Source of the DNA: an uncultured delta proteobacterium
Lineage (GTDB): Bacteria; Desulfobacterota; Syntrophorhabdia; Syntrophorhabdales; WCHB1-27
Direction of reading: 5' to 3'
NCBI GenBank assembly: GCA_963810935.1
Contig: CAWEPK010000008.1
Location: 224,001 to 288,000, forward strand
DNA: 64,000 nt
Part shown: positions 57,543-64,000 of the stretch, in pieces
Layout: the number at the start of each line of letters is the position of its first letter
How positions within the stretch are numbered: position 1 is the stretch's first letter
The notes under the pieces: generated by a model
The model's input: the letters and a program-made list of their open reading frames with translations, nothing else
Told to the model about the DNA's origin: nothing
The model's database searches: none
Made by a program: the position numbers and the translations under genes

Positions 57543-58270
57543 GTGGCAAACAAGGATGCGGAGTATAAGAGCGGCTGCGCTTTCTGCGGAAAAGAGATCG
57601 TTTACTCGGGTAGCCCGCGCGAGCTTCCCTGTGTTTTCTGCGGCCGCGTTTTCACCACCGAGGCCGCATGCGTTGAAGGTCATTTCGTGTGCGACGCATG
57701 CCATTCCCTGCCGGCAGGCGACGCGACGGAACGCCTGGCCGTAACAAGCGCTTCCATCAATCCCCTCGGCATGGCTGTAACCCTGATGAAAAATCCCGCC
57801 GTCAAGATGCACGGGCCGGAGCACCATTTCCTCGTCCCGGCAGTCCTCATTTCCGCCTTCTGCAACGCGTCCGGCCGCCAGGGCCAGAAGAGGCAATGAT
57901 CGCCAAAGCGCGGCAGCGGGCGGAACACGTCCTGGGCGGGTTCTGCGGGTTCTATGGCGATTGCGGCGCGGCGGTCGGCACGGGTATATTCGTAAGCGTG
58001 GTAACCGGCGCAACACCGCTGTCGAAAAAGGAATGGAGGCTTGCGAACCTGATGACTGCCCGCAGCCTCCTTATAATCGCAGAGGCCGGCGGGCCGCGCT
58101 GCTGTAAGCGCAACTCCTTCCTCGCCATATCGGAGGCCGTCCGCTTTTCGGAAGAGGAGTTACGCGTCCGGATGGAGTCCGGGCCTGCCTCGATTAACTG
58201 CGAGTTCCACGACCTGAACAAGGAATGCAGGAAGTCCGCGTGCCCGTTCTATCCGCACGCGTCTATATAG
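57543..58270 (+). pseudogene. Cys-rich DUF5714-like protein, split by a one-base deletion at ~57888-57892
   Basis: N-part has CAFCG, CVFCG, C..GHFVCDACH, MHGPEHHFLVP. C-part, in another frame, has GGFCGFYGDCGAAVG, GGPRCCKR, NKECRKSACPF. Confidence 0.75.
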
Positions 58271-58414
58271 GAAACCCGGTGCCGTCGAGAAAAGCCGCCT
58301 TCCTTGACAGGTCCAACATTCTTCTTGACAATAAATTAGCCTGATCGTAATCTTTGCAATCATTATATATGTTTTCACCCTCTACCAATCGAGCAACACT
58401 ATCCGGGTGCAGCG

Positions 58415-59146
58415 ATGTTCAGTGCCGTAAGGTTCAATAAGGTCTCGCAGCAGATAATCTCTCAGATACGGGGCCGTATCCTGGAAGGCAGGCTCTCTCC
58501 GGGCGACAGGCTGCCCTCCGAAGGCGCGCTCATGGAAGAATTCCAGGTGAGCAAGCAGACATTGAGAGAGGCCCTGCGCGCACTGGAATACATGGGGCTT
58601 ATCGAGGTCAGGAAGGGCGTCCAGGGAGGCCCGTACATTGTCGAAGTGGATGCCGGTATCACGAAGGACGTCCTCACTAATTTCCTCTACTTCAAGAACC
58701 TTTCCGTCGCGAGCCTGTCGGAGGTAAGGAAGCTCATCGACCCTTACGCCGCAGGCAGGGCAGCGCGGCTAATGGGCAAGCCGGATTTTGACAGGCTGGC
58801 CGAGGTTATAAGAATCTCCAGGGACGCCCGGCCGGACGACTATTCGGTGGACCTGGCCGAGAACGACCTCAATTTTCACCGTATCATCGCCTCTTCTGCG
58901 GGCAACCCCATCCTCGAACTGGTGGTCGACCTCGTGGAATCGCTGCTCGGCGATCTGAAAAGCATGATGAAGCCCGACTCGGGTTTCTCCCTCGCCGTGC
59001 TTCTGGCCCACGAGCGCATCTTCAAGGCAATCGAGGCGAAGGATGAAGGGCGCGCGTCTGCGGAGATGTACGAGCACGTAGTCCGTGTGGAAGAAGAGTT
59101 GGCAAAGCTGGAAGACAGGGCCGGCCTCTGGCGCAGAAAGAGATAG
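58415..59146 (+). CDS. FadR/GntR-family regulator
   Basis: PGDRLPSE, VSKQTLREAL, FHRIIA..GNP, HERIF.AI. Confidence 0.93.
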   Translation: MFSAVRFNKVSQQIISQIRGRILEGRLSPGDRLPSEGALMEEFQVSKQTLREALRALEYMGLIEVRKGVQGGPYIVEVDAGITKDVLTNFLYFKNLSVASLSEVRKLIDPYAAGRAARLMGKPDFDRLAEVIRISRDARPDDYSVDLAENDLNFHRIIASSAGNPILELVVDLVESLLGDLKSMMKPDSGFSLAVLLAHERIFKAIEAKDEGRASAEMYEHVVRVEEELAKLEDRAGLWRRKR

Positions 59147-59209
59147 GAAAGGAGAACAAAATTACGGGGCAACGGGTGCAGGCCGGCACCAAACCATAAG
59201 GAGGGGCAG

Positions 59210-60463
59210 ATGTACACCAAGAAGGTCGTGGCAATCGTTCTGGCTGCAACGTTCCTGCTGCCGTTTCTCTCCGGCACGGGCTATTCGGCGGAAAAGCTGA
59301 CGAAAATAAAAGTCGGCCTTATGTTCGGCCTCACCGGCGCGGCCTCCCCTATCGGCCCGGTCCAGCTACGGGGGGCCAAGCTGGCTGTAAAGGAAATAAA
59401 CGAGAAAGGCGGCGTCAATTACGGCGGAAAGAAGCTGCCCCTCGAATATGTGGTGAAGGACGACGAAACGAAGCCCGACATCGCCATCCGCCGTTACAGG
59501 GAGCTGATGACGGAAGACAAGATACAGGGCCTCGTCGCAACGACGTTCGCCCCCATCGCGGCTGCCATCAACAAGGAAGTCGCGAAGAACCCGACCGTCT
59601 TCTTCTCCGCGTGCGTCTCCCCGATCAATATGTTCAAGAAGGACGAGCTTGCGGAATCGACCCTCGCCATCCTGGGCGACGCCTACTCCATCGGTTACTC
59701 GGGCGCTGCCTATATCATCAACAAGCTGGGCTACAAGAACATCTACCACTTCGCGCCCGCCTATGCTTTCGGCTGGGACCAGTATGCAGGGGCCAGGGAC
59801 GCGGTCAAGAAATACGGCGGCAAGATCGACTACATAGAGGCGCCGGTCGGCACTGCGGATTTCAGCTCGTACATCCTGAAGATCGCAGAAAAGAAGCCTG
59901 ACATCGTCATGATGTCCCAGTGGGGCGTCGATGCGATCAACGTGCTGAAACAGGCCAACGAGCTGGGCCTCAATAAGAAGACCAAGATATGGTTCGACTG
60001 GATGACCAACGTCTTCGGCAGCGGCGTACCCGGCGAGGCGCTTGAGAACGTTTACTCCCTTATGTACTGGTACTGGAATATGCAGGGATTCGACGACCCC
60101 GTCGTCGGCAAAGCGACGAAGGACTTCGACGCCAAGTACCGCAAAGAATATAACGACGTGCCCGACCCTTACGCGGCGGCTGCTTATATCGCGGTCAAGG
60201 AGTTTGTCAGGGGCATAGAGGTATCCCAGTCGGTCGATCCCAAGGTAGTGGTTGCGGCGCTCAAGAAGAACCCGAAATTCGACTCGATGAAGGGACCGGG
60301 CACCTGGAGGGCGGACGGTCATGCGCTCTTCAAGTACGGCGCGTTCGTAACTATCGGCAAGGGGGCGAAGGAAAGGAAGGAGAAGCAGGACCTGGTGAAG
60401 GTGATCGGCGCCTACACCGGCGAGGACTACCTGCCTACCTTACAGAGCCTCGGTTACAAGTAG
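59210..60463 (+). CDS. Liv-type ABC substrate-binding protein
   Basis: Signal peptide, IKVG, LAVKEINEKGG, DDETKP, GTADFSSY. Confidence 0.9.
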   Translation: MYTKKVVAIVLAATFLLPFLSGTGYSAEKLTKIKVGLMFGLTGAASPIGPVQLRGAKLAVKEINEKGGVNYGGKKLPLEYVVKDDETKPDIAIRRYRELMTEDKIQGLVATTFAPIAAAINKEVAKNPTVFFSACVSPINMFKKDELAESTLAILGDAYSIGYSGAAYIINKLGYKNIYHFAPAYAFGWDQYAGARDAVKKYGGKIDYIEAPVGTADFSSYILKIAEKKPDIVMMSQWGVDAINVLKQANELGLNKKTKIWFDWMTNVFGSGVPGEALENVYSLMYWYWNMQGFDDPVVGKATKDFDAKYRKEYNDVPDPYAAAAYIAVKEFVRGIEVSQSVDPKVVVAALKKNPKFDSMKGPGTWRADGHALFKYGAFVTIGKGAKERKEKQDLVKVIGAYTGEDYLPTLQSLGYK

Positions 60464-60473
60464 GATAACGCTG

Positions 60474-60507
60474 ACCGGGGAAGGGGCCCTCCCCTTCCCC
60501 GGTTTTT
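60474..60507 (+). terminator. Intra-operon stem-loop with U-tract after the binding-protein gene
   Basis: accggggaagggg-ccct-ccccttccccggt-tttt, a perfect 13-bp stem. Confidence 0.7.
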
Positions 60508-60530
60508 CGCACAAAAGAAAGTTGCAGTCT

Positions 60531-61301
60531 ATGACCGACATAGCAATCCGCACGAAAGGCATCACCAAGGAATTTGCCGGTCTGGTTGCGGTCAACAACG
60601 TGGACTGCGAGATACGCCGCAATGAGACAGTGGGCGTTATCGGCCCGAACGGCGCTGGCAAATCGACCTTCTTCAACCTGCTGACAGGCTATTTCATACC
60701 GGAGTCGGGCCGGATCGATTACTTTGATAAGGAGATCACGCGCGTCCCGCCGCACGAGCGCGTGGCCTTAGGCATCGTCCGGACGTTCCAACTCGTCTCC
60801 GTCTTCGATACCCTCACAGTCCTCGAAAACATGCTCCTCGCCCGTGTGCGCTTCGACGGCGCATACAGGCGCACGGACAGGTTCTTCCTGAAGTCCCTTT
60901 CACGGAGCACGCAGACGGTCTTCTGCATGGAGGCGCTGGACGCCATAGGCATAGCCAACAAGGCGCACGTCAAGGTCTCCCAACTCTCCTACGGCAAGAA
61001 AAGGGAGCTGGAGATTGCCATTGCCATGACGATGGACCCGACTGTCCTCCTTCTTGACGAGCCGCTGGCGGGCCTCTCGATGGTGGAGATCACCGAGATA
61101 GTCAATATCATCAGGGGACTTAAGGGCAAGATGACGATAGTGCTCGTTGAACACAAGATATCGAAGGTCCTGGACCTCGTGGAAAGGCTCTATGTAATGC
61201 ACGAGGGGCAGGTCATCACGTGCGGCGAGCCGAACGCGGTGATATGCGACCCGGCCGTCAAGCAGTGCTACTTCGGCAAGGAAGACGCAGTATGCTATTG
61301 A
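60531..61301 (+). CDS. livG: Liv-type ABC ATPase
   Basis: GPNGAGKST, RTFQ, LSYG, LLLDEP, VEH. Confidence 0.9.
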   Translation: MTDIAIRTKGITKEFAGLVAVNNVDCEIRRNETVGVIGPNGAGKSTFFNLLTGYFIPESGRIDYFDKEITRVPPHERVALGIVRTFQLVSVFDTLTVLENMLLARVRFDGAYRRTDRFFLKSLSRSTQTVFCMEALDAIGIANKAHVKVSQLSYGKKRELEIAIAMTMDPTVLLLDEPLAGLSMVEITEIVNIIRGLKGKMTIVLVEHKISKVLDLVERLYVMHEGQVITCGEPNAVICDPAVKQCYFGKEDAVCY

Positions 61302-61984
61302 AAATCGAGGGCATCGACGCCCATTACGGCAGCGCCCAGGTGCTCCACGACGTAAGCGTAGAGGCACAGCAGGGCGAGCTCGTCTGCATCGTCGGCAGGA
61401 ACGGCGCGGGCAAGACGACGCTCTTAAAAACCGTGGCCGGGTTCATGCACCCGTCAAAGGGCAGCGTAATTTTCGACGGCAGGCCCATCGGCCGTTTGAA
61501 GCCAGAAAAAGTCGCCCGCCTCGGCATCAAGTACGTCTGGCAGGACAAGCGTGTCTTCGCCGAGCTGACCGTCCGCGAGAACATGGAGCTTGCGAGCTAC
61601 CCTCTGAAGGCGGACCTCAACGAATCCCTCGAAAAGCTATTCGCGGTCTCGCAAAAGATGAAGACGCTCCTCGACTCGAAGGCGAAAGGCCTGAGCGGAG
61701 GGGAGAGGCAGATCCTGCTTATAGGCCGGGCGCTTGCGGGCAACCCCAGGCTGCTTCTGATCGACGAGCCGACGGAGGGGCTCGCAGCAAAGGTGATCGA
61801 CGACATCTCCCGCATACTGACGGACATGAAGGGGCGCGTCTCGATGATAGTTGTCGAGCAGAACCTCGTTATCGTCTCCCAGCTTGCCGACAGGATATAT
61901 ATCATGAAAGAAGGCAGCGTGCTCAGGGAGATATCGGACAAAGGCATGATACAGGACCAGGCGTACATAGAATCGCTGTTGTGA
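61292..61984 (+). CDS. livF: Liv-type ABC ATPase
   Basis: GRNGAGKTT, LSGGERQ, DEPTEGLA, VEQN. Confidence 0.9.
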   Translation: MLLKIEGIDAHYGSAQVLHDVSVEAQQGELVCIVGRNGAGKTTLLKTVAGFMHPSKGSVIFDGRPIGRLKPEKVARLGIKYVWQDKRVFAELTVRENMELASYPLKADLNESLEKLFAVSQKMKTLLDSKAKGLSGGERQILLIGRALAGNPRLLLIDEPTEGLAAKVIDDISRILTDMKGRVSMIVVEQNLVIVSQLADRIYIMKEGSVLREISDKGMIQDQAYIESLL

Positions 61985-62985
61985 GGCAGCAAAAAAAAGG
62001 CATGGGCGGCGATAAAAGCATATTCAGAAAAATAGACGATTCGGGGGCGATCAATTTCGCCGTCATGATCGTAGGCTTCAGCCTCTTCGCGTGGTTCGCG
62101 TCCGTAAACAAAGTCACCGATTTTATCATCTTTTGCATCTATGTCCTCGGCTTCGACGTGCTTTACGGCCGCATGGGGCGCATCTCCTTCGGCCATATGC
62201 TCTACCTCGGTGCAGGCGCGTACGGGGCCGCGATGTCCGCAAAGTATATCTCTACGGACCCCTTCCTCGCGATCTTCATGGGCCTTGCAGCGGGCGCGGC
62301 AGTGGGCTTACTGCTCGGCCCCATCTGCGTGCGCGTGAAGGGCGCGGCCTTCGCCCTTATCAACGTGGCCTTCAACCAGATAGGATATTTCCTCGTCCTC
62401 GTCGCTCTCGCAAGGTACACGGGCGGAGAAGACGGGGTCTCCCTCACGTTCGCCAAGTACGGGTTCATCAATTTCGGCGAGGTCCATTTCCTTTTCTGCT
62501 TCTGCCTGTTCTGTCTCATAGTCTCGTATTACCTGATGCAGAAGCTGAAGCGCTCGGCTTTCGGGGCGATACTGACGGGCATAAAGGAAAACGAAACCAG
62601 GGTGCGCTTTTTGGGCTACAACACGTTTTTCTATAAAAGGGCCGCTTTTATCATATCGACGACCTTGTCTGCGCTGGCGGGCGCGCTCTTCGTGCTCGAC
62701 TACGGTTTCGCCAACCCGAGTTTCATGGACCCCGCACGCAACGTGGAGGTCATCTTCGCGGCGCTCATAGGCGGGCCGGGCACGGAGTCGGGGCCGGTGG
62801 CCGGCGGCACGGCATATATGGTCATAAGCAATTACCTGGCGAAATACATCACGCGATGGGAGTTGTTCATGGGCCTCGCGCTGCTCATAATCGCTTTCAG
62901 GTTCAGGAAAGGCATGATGGGATACATCGAGGACCTTATAACGTCAAGGCGCGAGCGCAAGGCGTCGGGACAGGCGGAGCGGTAA
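61981..62985 (+). CDS. livM: Liv-type ABC permease
   Basis: SFGH, TGGEDG, IKENE, LIGG.G. Confidence 0.88.
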   Translation: MRQQKKGMGGDKSIFRKIDDSGAINFAVMIVGFSLFAWFASVNKVTDFIIFCIYVLGFDVLYGRMGRISFGHMLYLGAGAYGAAMSAKYISTDPFLAIFMGLAAGAAVGLLLGPICVRVKGAAFALINVAFNQIGYFLVLVALARYTGGEDGVSLTFAKYGFINFGEVHFLFCFCLFCLIVSYYLMQKLKRSAFGAILTGIKENETRVRFLGYNTFFYKRAAFIISTTLSALAGALFVLDYGFANPSFMDPARNVEVIFAALIGGPGTESGPVAGGTAYMVISNYLAKYITRWELFMGLALLIIAFRFRKGMMGYIEDLITSRRERKASGQAER

Positions 62986-63818
62986 TGCTCGAAGTCATCG
63001 CATACGGACTGACGATAGGCGGCATCCTTTACATTATATCGATAGGCTTCTCGCTGACCTTCGGCAGCATGAGGATCGTCAATTTCGCCCACGGCCTCGT
63101 CTATGCCGTAGGCGCCTACGCCCTCGTGTCGATGATGCACGTGACAAGAGGCAATTTCCTCCTCGCGGCCATACTTGCCGTCGCCGCGTCGCTGCCGGTC
63201 AGCTACGTCATAGAGAAGTTCGTCATAAGGAGGCTCTACGGCAAGTCGATAGACTACGCCATCATCGCGAGCTACGCGGTCCTGCTTATGGGCGTCGATA
63301 TCATCAAGTGGATATGGGGCGCGAGCCCCCTGCCCCTGAACGACCCCGTCGGCAGGAGCCTGGCCGTCCTCTCTTTCGATATACCGGTTTACAGGGTTAT
63401 CATTATCGTCCTGTCGTTCCTGATATTCATCGGCCTCTCGCTTTTCTTCAAGAAAACGATTATAGGCAAGATAGTAGTCGCGGGCCTCCAGGACAGAGAG
63501 GCTGTGCAGGGCCTGGGGATCGACATAGACAAATATTTCGCAATCGTCTTCATGATAGGGAGCGCGCTGGCCGCACTCGGCGGGGTACTATACGCGCCGA
63601 TCAGCACGGTCCACCCGTACATGGGCTTCCGCGTAGTCACCCTTTGTTTTGCTGTCGTTATAGTAGGCGGCATGGGAAACCTGAAGGGGACCGCGATTGC
63701 GTCTTACGTGCTTGGGATGGTGATGGCCCTTACGGCCTGGTTCTGGGGGCCTGCCGCGGAGGCTATGATCTTCGCCGTGATGGCGGTTGTCCTGATTTTC
63801 CGGCCGATAGAGATCTAG
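62985..63818 (+). CDS. livH: Liv-type ABC permease
   Basis: IVNFAHG, LAALGG, VVIVGGMG, FRP. Confidence 0.9.
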   Translation: MLEVIAYGLTIGGILYIISIGFSLTFGSMRIVNFAHGLVYAVGAYALVSMMHVTRGNFLLAAILAVAASLPVSYVIEKFVIRRLYGKSIDYAIIASYAVLLMGVDIIKWIWGASPLPLNDPVGRSLAVLSFDIPVYRVIIIVLSFLIFIGLSLFFKKTIIGKIVVAGLQDREAVQGLGIDIDKYFAIVFMIGSALAALGGVLYAPISTVHPYMGFRVVTLCFAVVIVGGMGNLKGTAIASYVLGMVMALTAWFWGPAAEAMIFAVMAVVLIFRPIEI

Positions 63819-63890
63819 GCCTAAGGTCGCGAGCAGCAGGAAAAGCCGCACCGGCTTTGAGGCGGGCAATGGTGCGAAAAGGAGCGAGCC

Positions 63891-64000
63891 ATGAAGTTCT
63901 CGGGGAACGTATCATACACCAAAGAACGTGAATGGGAGCAATACCTGATGCCGCGCACGGTCGAGGAGGCCCTCGACATACTTAGGCAGCACAGGGGCAG
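63891..64000 (+). CDS. Start of a probable xanthine-dehydrogenase-family FAD-binding subunit (truncated by window edge)
   Basis: AGGAG then ATG; WEQYLMPRTVEEALDIL resembles the N-termini of the two FAD subunits in this window. Confidence 0.6.
   Translation, partial: MKFSGNVSYTKEREWEQYLMPRTVEEALDILRQHRG

Overview
GC-rich bacterial window, almost entirely coding. Gene content suggests an anaerobic deltaproteobacterium, possibly Syntrophorhabdus-like; this is a guess from content only. Layout: (1) 1-14.9 kb, two convergent RND efflux systems (OMF-MFP-HAE1 on +; MdtABC-OMF on -). (2) 15.2-40.4 kb, one co-directional minus-strand catabolic cluster: class III CoA-transferase, MeaB, atypical acyl-CoA dehydrogenase, EtfBA-FixCX, GntR, two-subunit B12 acyl-CoA mutase, PaaK-type ligase, xanthine-dehydrogenase-family molybdoenzyme, hydantoinase A/B, IorA-like/IorB/IorA and two ABC binding proteins. 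(3) 40.7-48.1 kb, a divergent operon with a 4-hydroxybenzoyl-CoA-reductase-like molybdoenzyme, a VOC epimerase and a TRAP transporter. (4) 48-64 kb, an exported hypothetical protein, a second TRAP system, regulators, an SDR, an aminotransferase plus saccharopine-dehydrogenase-like pair, a DUF5714-like protein, a Liv-type ABC transporter and the start of a third molybdoenzyme operon. Main finding: the enzyme families of the central cluster mirror the anaerobic indoleacetate (iaa) pathway, but the cluster has extra modules and altered active-site motifs, and a shared 13-bp operator links three promoters. It is a candidate undescribed anaerobic N-heteroaromatic degradation regulon. Also seen: two families of covarying intergenic hairpin elements, a synonymously diverged duplicate of a gene 3' end, and three single-base frameshifts. 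I found no rRNA, tRNA, CRISPR array, integrase or transposase. All family calls are by motif recognition; no database searches were run.
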